Below are positions 33,435-44,764 of a stretch of DNA of 64,000 bases, one piece after another. The DNA is from Hyaloraphidium curvatum SAG 235-1 (taxonomy: Eukaryota > Fungi > Monoblepharomycota), in contig JAIVFI010000001.1 in NCBI GenBank assembly GCA_025558095.1, positions 744,001-808,000 on the forward strand. Direction: 5' to 3'. Made by a program: the position numbers and the translations under genes. Below the pieces are notes generated by a model. The model was not told the DNA's origin, made no database searches, and saw only the letters and a program-made list of their open reading frames with translations. Numbering within the stretch: the first letter of the stretch is position 1; each line of letters opens with the position of its first letter.

Positions 33435-35027
33435 TCACCCCCTCCCCGGGTCCGGCAGCAGCCCGCCCGCCCCCGCGGCGCCGTAGACCGCCAGCCACTG
33501 CTCGAGATCGGCCGGCACCGAGCCCGCCCTGAACCCGCCGTACGCGAACGCCGGGCCCGGCACGGCCGCCTGCGGCGGGACCGGGAAGTCCGGGTCCGGG
33601 GAGGCCAGGAGCGCCGCGAGCCCCTGGCCCTGGGCGGCCGGCCTCCTCGGCCTGGGGGCTTGGACCGCTCCGGAAGCCAGCGCGGTGCCGTGGGGCTCGC
33701 TCTCCGTGCGGGGGCGCTTGGCCGTGCCCCCCGGCGGGGCAGCGGGCGGGGGCCGGGGGCGCTTCCGGTAGGTTTCGGCCTTGAGGTTCAGCGGGCGCGG
33801 GGTCTTGTGCATGCGTTCGTACAACCCGCAGGCGTCTGCGGCGGCGAAAAAACGTCAGCATTGGTTGCGCGGCAAGGCAAAGGGGGGACGCACTGCAGAG
33901 GTGCAGCCCGCGCTCGTTCTTGCGCCACAGCGGGGTGGTGGAGGTCGAGCAGTTGGAGCAGACGATGCCGCGGGGGTTGCCCTGCGCGGCGCCGGGGGCC
34001 GGGGCGGCGGGGCGGGCGGCGGGGGCGGGGGTGGGCGCCTGGATGGCCGAGACGAGGTCGAGGAAGGCGAGGTCGAGGGAGGCGAGTTGCTGCAAGGTGC
34101 AGGGCGGCGCGTCAGCGTCCGGAAAGCGGCCAGGTGCAGGCAGGCGGCGGACCTCGGCGGCCATCCCCGTCCCGAACATCCCCTGCGCCGGCGGCACCTC
34201 CGGCGCCGCCCCCGCCACGTCCGCGAACGCAAACGGCGCGTCCATCGCGGCCCTCTCGAGCGCCAGCACCGCGTCGTCGCCGCCGGCATCGTTGGCGATG
34301 TAGAACGCGTCGCCGGCGCGGCCGGCGAGAGGGAAGCGAAGGGGGGCGGTGGCGAACGAGGCCAGCGTGACGGGTGCGGGGACGGGGGGTTCGGCGGGGA
34401 TGGCGGCGATGTGGGATTCGTGGCGGAGGGGGTCGGAGAGGTCCAGGATGTGCGAGGAGAGGTCGACGGGTTGTTCAAAGGGGGCGAGGGTGGGGAGCGG
34501 GGCGGCGCGGGGCGCGAGGAGGGCGGCCTGCGCGGCCTCGAGCACGGGGCCGACGAGGGCGATCAGGGGGGCCGAGGAGGCGGGAGCGGGGAGGGGTGTT
34601 TGGGCGGCAGGGGGTGCGGAGGCGGGCTCGGCGGGCTTCGCGGCGGGCGGTCCGGCCTCCCCCAGCGGGCGCGACGTGCCGACGGGCGGATTGCGGCGCT
34701 CCCGGATCGCGGCCTCGACGGTCGCGTCGTGCTCCAGCCGCGAGGTCTTTTCCGCGGAGTACTTTCGGAAAGCGGTCTGGCTCATGGTCCCCTTCTCGAC
34801 CTGGTTCAGGTGCAGGTGCCACAGCCGCCACGACAGGTTCTCGGCGCGCGTTCCCTGCTCGACGTTCTCCTTGACCTTTGTGAGGCACTGCTTGCGGGGG
34901 CAAGTCAGGGGGGGCGGGGCGGCCGCGAGTGCGCTCTCGCCTTCCACGTGCGGCACAGGTCCTCCTCCGAGTCGATGTCGCGCAGCTGCGTGAACATGCC
35001 GCCCTTTGCCGACAGCAGGACGGGCAT
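33435..35027 (-). CDS. GATA zinc-finger transcription factor with N-terminal DUF1752 (AreA/Gat1-type)
   Basis: TKVKENVEQGTRAENLSWRLWH; CSNCSTSTTPLWRKNERGLHLC|NACGLYERMHKTPRPL (finger split by intron ~33837-33893); first intron GC-AG. Confidence 0.87.
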
Positions 35028-35570
35028 CGCTGGGCCGAGGAGGGGAGGGGAGCGCGGGGGAAGCGGAGCGGGGCGGCCGGCCCGAGCGGGGCGTTCCGGC
35101 GGGGCAGCCGACTGCGACTCGCGCCGGGAGACGCGCGGCGGTGCGGGTGGCGGGGTGTCTGCCGGGGGCCGAATGGCGAATGGAGCAAAGACGGCCGTTC
35201 CGTTCAGCCCCGCTGCACGCGTGGCACCGGGTGGCTGGTGCGCTGCCTCCGCGAGGAGATTGCGCGTGAGTGCCCATCGGCGACGGGCGATCTGCGGTCC
35301 GCTCCACGCGCCCGCCGGCCCGGGACCCCGCATCTCTCAGGCCGCGGCACGGTCGGAGGGCGGCGGCGGTCGGCTGCCCGTCACCGGGAGGACCGCCGTC
35401 CCCGAGTCGCGCGCCACCTCGGCCCCCCGGCCGCGCCCCAGCCTCCCTCGGAGGGCACCCGCGGCCCGCCATCGCCGTGATCGGAGGGCGGAAAACGCTG
35501 CTAGCTTGCACGGGCCCGCTGTCGGACTTGTCGGGCCGGCCACCGCGCGGACCCCCGCCCCTCAATCGAT

Positions 35571-36719
35571 ATGACGATCCCCGGGCTGCTCCCCGGGCTG
35601 CTCCCCGACGACGACTCGGACTTCCCCCTGTTCGCCTCGCCGTGCGCGCGCAAGCACCCCGCGCCGTCGACCGCGAAGCACTGGCAGCTGCGCGACCTGC
35701 TGCACTGCCCGCGCACCGGCGAGCTCGTCCACGTGCACGGCAGGCAGGTGCTCCGCCACAGAGTGCCGTCGCGCTCCTCGGCGCCGCTGTTCCACGACCT
35801 CGCCTTCCACCCGTGCTCGGCAACCGCAGCGCACGGCTACGTCGCCGCGGGCGGGGAGCGCAGCGAGCTCACCGTGCGCCGCGACGACGACTCGTGGTTC
35901 GCCTCGACCTCGCTCGGCGGCAGCATCAACAACGCCCTGGCCGTGGTCGAGCACCACGCAGGCACGCGGCTGTACGTGAGCAACAACGACATGACCGTCA
36001 AGGTGCTCGCGCTGCCCACGCTCGACGCCGTGGCCACGCTGCCGCTGCCCACGGCCGTCAACTACACCGCCGTGTCGCCCGACGGGAGGACGCTGGTGGC
36101 CGTGGGGGACACGCCGGAGGTGTTTGTGTTTGACGTGTCGGCGTCGGGCGAGTACACGCACGTGGAGACCCTGACCGGTGGGGCCCATCCGGAGGCGTGA
36201 TCCGTTCACCGGTTAACACTCCTTGATCCGTGTTGGTCCCACAGCCTCCAAGGACTCTGGCTTCTGCTGCGCGTGGAACCGCTCCTCCCGCAACTTTGCC
36301 GTGGCCAGCCAGGACGGCGCCGTCTCGGTGTGGGACGTCCGCATGCCCTCGCGCAAGCTCGCGCGGCTGCAGTCGCGCCAGGGCGGCACCCGGGGCGCCG
36401 CGCGGTGCCTCAAGTACTCCCCCGCGGGGGGCGTGGACCTGCTCGCCTTCAGCGAGGTGCGCCCCGCGTCCCTCGCCCCTCCTCCGTTCCCCACTGACCC
36501 TCCCCGCAGCACCAATCCTACGTGCACCTCGTCGACGCGCGCACCTACGCCTCCTCCCAGGCCATCCGCACCGCGCCCCCCGGCGCGGACCCCGACGTCG
36601 CGGGCATCGCCTTCTCGCCCGACTGCCGGTCGCTGTACGCCGCGCTCAACAGCCAGATCGTCGAGTTCGAGGTGGACCTGGTGGCGAGGAGGAGCTTCCC
36701 GGCGGGGGAGATACGGTGA
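35571..36719 (+). CDS. WD40-repeat protein (DUF2415-containing family), 2 introns
   Basis: HWQLRDLL, GGSINN, SNNDMTVK, VNYTAVSPDG, FAVASQDG..VWDVR, DLLAFSE|H, VAGIAFSPD. Confidence 0.82.
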
Positions 36720-36845
36720 TCCCCGGAGGGCGGGGACCTCCGACGGGGCCGTTCTTTGGGCAAGGTATCTTGGGAATCGTGTACACGGAACGTAGAATGT
36801 AGGCACCGCCCGCGGAACACGTGGTCGGACCGCCCCGCACGGAGG

Positions 36846-37603
36846 TCACCACCACTCGAGCTCGTCCGGCGTGATTGGCTTCTTGAGCGGCACCATGCTC
36901 TCCCTGGTCGTATCCCGGGGCAGCGCCTTCCTCATGTCTGCCGACCGACCGTCCGTCAGCACCGCGGTCTCCCGCCGGGGACGGGGAAGCGACCCACCGA
37001 ACGCGTCCTCGTCCTTCCTCTCCCCCCCTCCGGAATAGTACCCCAGCACCCTCCTGTAAACCGCGTACCCCATCCCCTCGTACATCCCTATCGCCAGGGC
37101 ATTGCTCCTCCGCACGAACAGATCGACGAAGTACGCGTCGTGCACCTCCGTGCAGACGGATTCCAGCACGCGCATGAGCGACCGCGCCAGCCCGAGCCGC
37201 CGGAACTCGGGCGCCACCGTGACCGCCGTCACGTGGCCGTGCCAGAGCTTGCCCGTGCCTTCGGCCTTCCCCAGGACTTTTCGCGCGTCAGCTCCGGCCG
37301 GCGGGGAGCGGAAGGGGGGGACCCACTGTACCCCGCCCTCCGCCCGGTCCGGTCGACGGCCATGTGGCACAGTTCGGGCCATTGCGCGAGGTAGGTGAGG
37401 TAGAACGAGATGTTGTACTGCCGGCAACGGGACGTGAGCCTTCCGCATCGCGCGGGGGGGGAGGTGCGCACGGTCTCGGTGAACTCGTCGAGGTTGCTGC
37501 GGGGAGCGTCATGTCAGACGAATCGCGGGGGCGGGAAGGGAGGGAAGTACATGTTGTTGAAGTGGAAGAGGTCGTCGGCGCGGAACCGGCGGAGGGAGGT
37601 CAT
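36846..37603 (-). CDS. NAT3: NatB N-terminal acetyltransferase catalytic subunit (NAA20)
   Basis: MTSLRRF...DLFHFNN|INLDEFTET|YNISFYLTYLAQWP, WHGHVTAVTVAPEFRRLGLA, FVDLFVR, EDAF|DMRKAL. Confidence 0.95.
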
Positions 37604-37990
37604 CGCGGCGGCGGGAGAGAGAGGCAGTAGGGACGCGTGATCGGTTATGGGGCTTGGTTCTTCGTGCGGAGGCGTCCCCGCGCCGCGGCTCGGAGGCGGT
37701 CGGGCGCGATAGGCTTCCTCGCGTACGATGGCATTTTCTAGGCGCGATGGACGTCGCCTGCGGGGGTGCGGCGTCCTTCTTTGGGCCGGGTGCCACGGCT
37801 TGAAGTGCTTGACAGCGGTCCCCAAAGAGATCGAGGTCGCAGTTCCGAGCTCTTGGCGTCGTCGGGACCTGTTTCACGGCATCCAGCGTCGGCCTCGTTG
37901 GCGGTGGGCAGCTCCAGGTTCTCCCGCACAGCGCCTCCAAGGACGCCCGGGCCTTCAGTCCCAGTTCGTCCACCACAACAAGCCAACGCG

Positions 37991-40715
37991 ATGTCCTCGC
38001 TGGACGACGATTTCGAGCGCGTCTTCCGCAGCGCCGTGGCCGAGTCGCAGCGCGGCACCGGTTCCCCGCCGGCTGCCGCGCCGGACACGCCCGCGGAACC
38101 CCCGGCGCCGCCATCCCCCGCGCGGCATCCTTCGCCAGCGCCGGCCCCGGCACCGCCCTCGCCGCCGCTCCCCGCCTCCTTCGGCCGTAGGGAGCCCGTG
38201 CGGTACGAGTCGACCGATTCGGACTCGACGGGCGAGGACGAGGGCAAGTTCCGGCCCGGCCGGCGCCCGGCGGTGCGCAGGCCTGCGACGCTGCCGGGGG
38301 AGAAGAAGAAGCGCAAGAAACTGGGGCTCGCGGACATCACGGCCGAGGACCTGAGGCTGGTACCGCTGCCGCCCGGGGGCGAGAATGTCGATTGGGGGGA
38401 GGATGCGAGCACGGGCGGGGACGACCCGGACGCAGGCGTCAGGCTGGGCAAGCGGGCGCGGATCCCGGCGCGGAAGATGAAGGCGGCCAAGGCCCTGGAC
38501 ACGGAATCCAGCAGCACGGAGGGCCTGTCGCCGAAAGCGAGGCGGAAACCCGCGCGCAAAAGGCCGGCGAAACCCGCCGCCGGGGCTCCGGAGACGAACT
38601 CTAGCGAGACGGGGGAGGAGGCACCGCGGGCACGCAGGCGGAAGAGGCGCGTGCCGCCGCAGCAGCCAGTGGACAGCGACTCCTCCGTCACGGGCGGCGA
38701 GGGTCCCCCGCGAGCGGCTAAGGTCCGGCGCCGCGACAGCGCCCCCGCGGCAACGCGCCGGCCCAAGGAGGCCAAGCAGCCCAAGCAGGCCAAGGCGCCC
38801 CGGCAGCCCCGCGGCCCCCGCCTCCCCAAGCTCCCGAAACCCCCCAAAGGCCCGCCGAAAAAGGTCGGGAACGACTCGTTCGTCGGCCGGCGCATATGCC
38901 TGCTCGCCGTCACTTCGGTGGAGCGCCAGGCCTTCTCGGTGCGCATCATCGAGGAGGGCGGCGAGCTCGTTGACCCTCCCGGGCCCGCGGACTACTACGT
39001 CGCAAAGTCGGAGGAGGCCTTCGCTGCGGCGCTGGCGAAGATGGGGGGATCGCTGCCGGAAGGCGCCAGGGCGGTCCGGTCGGGCTTCGTTCCAGCGTGT
39101 CTCAAGGCGACGGAGGTGGTAGATCCGGCGCCGTTCCTCCTCGGCGGTGCCGCGGGCGTTGGCGAGGAGGTCAAGACGGAGCCTGCTGCCGAGGGCGCAG
39201 AGGCACGAGCTGCGCAGGGCGTCGGCATCGACAACGCCGACACGCAGCCGGTCTCGTCGAGCCCGCCGCGGCCGGACCAGCCGTCGCAGGTCAACCAGAC
39301 GCACTACGTCCCAGGCACTGATTCCGAAGCCGAAGCCGAGGAATGGTACGGCGACGAGCCCGGACCGCAGCTGCATCCGCACCCCGCTGCTGACCCCGAC
39401 GACGGCGACGGGCCCGTTGACCTCTCGGCCCCCTTCCGCCCCGCTGGCCGCGCCCCGCGCAACCTCCCCACTCGCGTGCAAGAGAAGTTCCAGTGCATGC
39501 AGCCCAACCCGATCCGCGCCAAGGGTTCGAAGCCACCGTGCGTCAACGAGGACATCGTTCAGGAGCTCGAGGCCATACGGAAGCACCTCGACGCGGCGCC
39601 AAAGAAGGAGGCGGACAACTTCAGGGTCATCCAGTACCGGAAGGCAATCCAGTCCATCCGCCGGTACCCCAAGCGGATCACGTCGGTCGAGGAGGCCAAG
39701 AAGGTCTACCAGGTCGGCGAACGCATTGCCGAAAAGGTGGGCTCTTCCTGCACCCTTTGGTACATTCTAGCTCACCCGTGCATTCTTTTCTGCCCAGATT
39801 GGCGAGTTCCTGCGCACCGGCCGCACGCAGCGCCTCGCACATCTCGAGAACGACCCCGAGCAGCGCACGCTGGAGCTCTTCCGGTCCGTGCACGGGTGCG
39901 GCTCCGCGCAGGCATCGCAGTGGTACAACCAGGGGATGCGCACCCTGGATGATCTGCGCGCGCGGACGGACCTGACGCGGCAGCAGCGCATCGGGCTGGA
40001 GCTTTACGACGAGCTCAACACGCGGATCCCGCGCGCCGAGGTCGAAGCCATGATCGCGCTCGTGAACCAGGTGGCGGCGGGAGTGGACGTGCTCCTCGAG
40101 GTCCACGACCAGGGCTCGTACCGCCGCGGGGCCCCCGACTCGGGGGACGTAGACCTGCTCATCACGCATCCGAACGAGGCGAAGCGGATGGAGAGCTCGC
40201 ACGCGCTGGTGCGGCAGCTCGTCGCCGAGGGGATCGTGACGCACGAGCTGGCGTGGGGGGAGGGCAATGTCTTCATGGGCGTCGCGAAGCTGCCCGTTCC
40301 GGGGTCGATCCACCGCCGCATCGACCTGCTCTGCATTCCCTTCTCCGAGATCGGCGCCGCGCTGCTGCACTTCACCGGGAACGACATCTTCAACCGATCG
40401 CTGCGGCTGCTCGCCAAGAAGAAGGGCTACACGCTGTCGCAGCACGGTCTGCACGTGGCCAACAGGTTCACCAAGGATCCCGAGCTCAAGCGTGGCAAGC
40501 TCGTGGCGTCCGAGACGGAGGAGGCGATCTTCGCGGCGCTGGGGGTGCCGTGGCGCCCGCCACACGAGCGCAACGTGGGCGTCGAGTTCGAGGGCTGGGT
40601 CAACGGGGGCGCGAGCTCGGCGGGGCCCAGCTCGGATGTGCTGCCGGCATCCGACGCCGAGCCGGGGTGGGGAGCGCCTGATCTGCGCGCGGACGACGAG
40701 GTACACTCTGACTGA
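37991..40715 (+). CDS. POL4: X-family DNA polymerase (Pol lambda/Pol4-like) with BRCT domain, 1 intron
   Basis: YRKAIQSIRRYP, VGERIAEK|I, GSYRRGAPDSGDVDLLITHP, RRIDL, HFTGNDIFNRSLR, TEEAIF..LGVPW..PHERN; intron ~39737-39798. Confidence 0.92.
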
Positions 40716-40920
40716 ACATCTCTTGCCATGGTGCCGATTGGACGGAGCGTCTGTGCGGATGTTTTTCGGGCGAGTTTGCCCTGTATCTCTTCCTGTATCC
40801 CAGAAGTGGATGCAACTGGGGCTTGCACGTGGCTGATTGCCGGAGGACCTCTCAACTCTCACAACCTCCACCTTGCGGATTGCATCAGGCCGTCATTATC
40901 CCTTCCATCGTCCATTGGCA

Positions 40921-42552
40921 ATGAACAACTACGACACCTGGGCACGCCAGCTGTTCGAAGCCTCGTGCTGCGGCAGAGTCGACGCTGTGCGCTACATCCT
41001 CAGCCGCACGCAGCTGCTCGCGGCCACCGCACGGGATCGCGATGGCAACACGCCTCTGATCTGGGCGGCCTTCAACGGGCACGCCGATGTGGTGCGCGAG
41101 CTGCTGCCCCGCTGCGGTGACCCCAACTACTCTCCCAACGACGATGGCCAGACCGCCCTCATGAGCGCAGCCTGGAACGGCGACGAGGACGGCACCGCCG
41201 AATGCATCGACGCGCTCATCGACGACCAGCGTGTGGACATCAACCGGCGCAACCGCTTTGGGCGGAATGCTGCGTACTACGCGGTCGTGACGGGCCGCAA
41301 GGACATCGTCGGGAAGCTGCTTGCCTTGCCGGTCCCGGCCGACTTTTCCCTGGTGCCCGGTGCCGATGCAAATCTGGACCACATGCGGCGCATGCGCCTC
41401 GACCCCGGCACCGTCTCCTTCCTCGAGAGCCGCCTGGCCGAGCTCGGCAAGTCCGTCCACCCCGCCTGGTGGCGCGACACCGGCGACGCCGACCCCGCGA
41501 TCGACGCGTCTGCGGCTCTCCGCTTCGCATGCCTCGATCCGCTCCCTGATCTGGCCGAGGTCCAGCGCGCCATCGACAACGGCGCCGATCCCAACGGCCG
41601 CAGCATCCACGGCATCACGCCGCTCATGTGCGCCGCCTGGACGGGGCGCGCCGATGCCGTCAAACTTCTGCTCTCGATCTCCGGCATCGACGTCCTGGCG
41701 CGCGACAACCTCGGTCGCACGGCGTTCTACTACGCCATGGCAGCCAACTTGTCCATAACTGCGAAGATAATGGGCAAGCGGGCGCCCGAGCTCGTTGACA
41801 TCCCCGACTTCGCAAACCGCAAGCCCATCAATGCCAACATCGAAGAGATGGATCGGTGCCACATCAAGATTCCGGAGGAGGTCCGCAGAGAGATCAGCAA
41901 GAGCAAGAAACGCGCCGCCGAGGCAGGCGGAGAGCCTGCTCAGAAAAGGGTCGCGAGCGCGGACGCCCACCAAGCTGCTGCCGACAACGACGAGCTTGAA
42001 GCCGGCCCTTCCGAGCGGAGGGAGACCGATGACTCCCAGTCGGTCATTTCTGACGATCCCGCCGTCGACGCCGAGCTTGACCTTCCCCTGTCTCCACCTG
42101 CAACGGAGCCAGATGACCGTCTGGTCTCTCCCGCCGATCCGGTGCCCCAAGCTCCTCTTTTTCCACCCAACGACGAGCCCGACATCCCTCCCGTCCCTGT
42201 CAAGCCCGAGGCCGCCGATGAGCACCTCGCACCCCATCCGACATGGTCGCAGCACGACGAGCTCTCTCGGAGCCTCGCGACCGAGGCCCGCCTCCGCTCC
42301 GAAGCGGAGGAACTGGTCGGCCTCCTCACCAGCGCCGTTGCTCGCTTGAGCGACGAGAAGGAGGGCCTGCAGTGCCGCGTCGGAGAGCTTGACACCGCCA
42401 ACCAGGAGCTGAGCACCGCCAACGCCGAGCTGGTGACTGCGAACGCCGAGCTAGTGATGGCGAAAGCCGGTCTGGCTGCCGCCAACGCGCAGTTGACCAC
42501 CCGCGTGGCTGAGCTAAAGTCCCTGCTCAAAAGCATCGTCGACAGAGTTTAG
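40921..42552 (+). CDS. Ankyrin-repeat protein with C-terminal coiled coil, intronless
   Basis: GNTPLIWAAFNGHADVVRELL, GQTALMSAA, GITPLMCAAWTGRADAVKLLL, GRTAFYYA; heptad tail (TANQELS/TANAELV/TANAELV) from ~21-nt repeats at ~42390-42495. Confidence 0.88.
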   Translation: MNNYDTWARQLFEASCCGRVDAVRYILSRTQLLAATARDRDGNTPLIWAAFNGHADVVRELLPRCGDPNYSPNDDGQTALMSAAWNGDEDGTAECIDALIDDQRVDINRRNRFGRNAAYYAVVTGRKDIVGKLLALPVPADFSLVPGADANLDHMRRMRLDPGTVSFLESRLAELGKSVHPAWWRDTGDADPAIDASAALRFACLDPLPDLAEVQRAIDNGADPNGRSIHGITPLMCAAWTGRADAVKLLLSISGIDVLARDNLGRTAFYYAMAANLSITAKIMGKRAPELVDIPDFANRKPINANIEEMDRCHIKIPEEVRREISKSKKRAAEAGGEPAQKRVASADAHQAAADNDELEAGPSERRETDDSQSVISDDPAVDAELDLPLSPPATEPDDRLVSPADPVPQAPLFPPNDEPDIPPVPVKPEAADEHLAPHPTWSQHDELSRSLATEARLRSEAEELVGLLTSAVARLSDEKEGLQCRVGELDTANQELSTANAELVTANAELVMAKAGLAAANAQLTTRVAELKSLLKSIVDRV

Positions 42553-42796
42553 TTTCGTGCTCCTTGGAGAACGTTTAGGTCGGTCACCCGCGGCAACCAC
42601 CAATAGCTGTGCTGTAGGGAATGCAACGTCTTGCGCTATACCATTGTGATTCCAACTCCTTACGGCGCCAAGTCCTTGCTGCTCAAGTTGCTGCTCATGG
42701 ACGGCGCACGCTCCCTTTCCTCAACGCGGTGTATTCGGAGGTTTTGGCAGGGGGCGGAGTTCCCCGTTCGTGTAACTCTTTGGAGTTCCAAAGCAA

Positions 42797-44463
42797 ATGC
42801 GAGCCCGCCTGGGCTCCGTTCCTCTCCTATGCTTCATTTTAGTCGCATTTCGCCTCGTTTGCGCGGACCAACGTGGGCAGCGTGAGGGCCGCGCGGCAGA
42901 AGCCGGTCCAGGCACCGCGACCTTGGCACGCTTCGAGATTCCAGGTGCGGGCTCGTGACCAGCTCATTCCACACCTTTTCGAATCATCCATGATGCGCAG
43001 AACTGTCCGTCGCTGAGCTCCACGCCGTCGAAGATGCCGATCGTGGGCGGACCATCGCGGCGACTAACTCCGCCGAATCTGAACTGCAATTCCCAGGCGC
43101 CCTGACCTCCTTCCGGGCCAAAGGCTCCTGCTTTGCCGATGCTGTGGAACGAATCTCGCAGGGCTGTCGTTCGCTCGAGGCGGACGACGCGTCCAAGATC
43201 CGGCTCGCAGTCCAGCTCGCCCTCTGCGAGCTCTCGCACTCGCACGTCGCGGCACCGCAGGAATGCCGGCCTGAGGAGCTGGACAGGGACGCGGGGAGGT
43301 GCATCGCACAGCTGGGAAGGAGCCCGCAGTCATGGACGTCGTATTCGACAAGCCTCAAGGACGTGGTCCGACTCTGCTTCGCCTCGCAGTTCTCGGTGCA
43401 GCGCAAGCACCTCGAGGCGCTGCGTAGCAACCTGACGGTGCTGCATCTGAAGACGGCCAACCTGCTCATCGACCATCATGAGGCCAACCTCAAGCAGTGG
43501 AAGCTCGCGCACCTGGCCGGGGAGCGCGTGGAGAGGTCGCTGGGGACGATCGAGAACAAGCAGTCTGCGGTGCTCGGGGTCGCGCAGCGCCTCGTGGACG
43601 AGGCCCGAAGCATGCAGGAGACCATACAGAACGGATTCCGGGAGACCGGCGAGGCCATCGCCGGGACCCGCAAGGGGATCGGCGAGATCCGGGGCGACGT
43701 GGCCGGCCTCCATTCCCTCGCCCAGCGCGCCGTCAAGACGGGGATCGCCAAGGCGGACCAGATGTCGGACGCGCTGGACCGCCTGCAGAAGCTGCAGGAG
43801 GCCCGGTTCACGGCGCTCTCGGTGCAGCAGGACGTGGTCCTGGCCAGATGGTCCGAGGGGCTCGCCAGGGCGCACGAGGACCTCGAGAGCCTGCTCGTCT
43901 CGGCCAAGCAGGCCACCAGCGACCGCCGCGAGCTGCTCGACGGCATTGCAGCCCTCGGCGCCGCGGTTGAGATGCTCGCACGCGGCTCGTTCCGGCCCCA
44001 TCTCCTGTTACGAGAGACGGCGGCGTACTGCGCCGCGCTAGCGGCCTCGTGGCTCGTCTCCCTGTTTTCCAGCCGCGGCGGCCGCGTCCGCATGGCCTGC
44101 ATCGCCGCCGTGCCGGTCCCGTCCGTCGCGGGCTTCCTCGCCGGGCGGCACGGCTTCTCGGCGCAGCACGCGTCCGCCGCGGCGGCGGCGATCGCGCTGG
44201 CAGCGATCGTGGCGCTGGTCTACAGCGGCCTGCGGTGGGATTCCCTGCGGGCAGAGGAGGAGGAGCAGAAGCGACGGAGGGAGGAGGCGTTCCAGTCGGC
44301 CGTGATCCGGTGGCAGCTCGAGCAGCCGAAAGCACCCGAGGCCAGTACCAGGAGGGACGCCGACGCCGAATCCGAGCCCGCGACTCCGGTCAGGGCGTCG
44401 AGGCGCACGACGCCGGCCAAGAAAAAGGCGCCGCGGGACGCGGCAAGGGGAGACGAAGAGTAG
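42797..44463 (+). CDS. KAR5: Nuclear membrane fusion (karyogamy) protein, KAR5/GEX1/Brambleberry family
   Basis: Signal peptide MRARLGSVPLLCFILVAFRLVCA, intron 42945-43000, Cys-rich domain CFADA...C...KIRLAVQLALCEL...C...C...SPQSWTSYS...C, coiled coil, 2-3 C-terminal TM helices. Confidence 0.82.
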
Positions 44464-44764
44464 CAAAACCTCGAATTGCGGGTATCCAGCCTACAATCTA
44501 TCGTGCCGGGGATGATGTCAGTCGTCAAAGTCTTGTCCACAAGATGTCTCTCTCTCAAAATCTAGTCCAGTGTCTGCGTCTTCAGGCCGCGCTGATGGAC
44601 ATGGAACGCCGCTGCATCGCCTGCCAGAAGCGCAGGTGGATGCCCGTCGGCGGCGACCAGATGGCCTTTTCCAGATTCGCCTGCACCTGCTGAGTATCGC
44701 GCCAGTCGAGGCTGGGAGGAACGCGTGCAATTAGCGGGGTCGGCACCGATCCCGAAGCGCGAAC

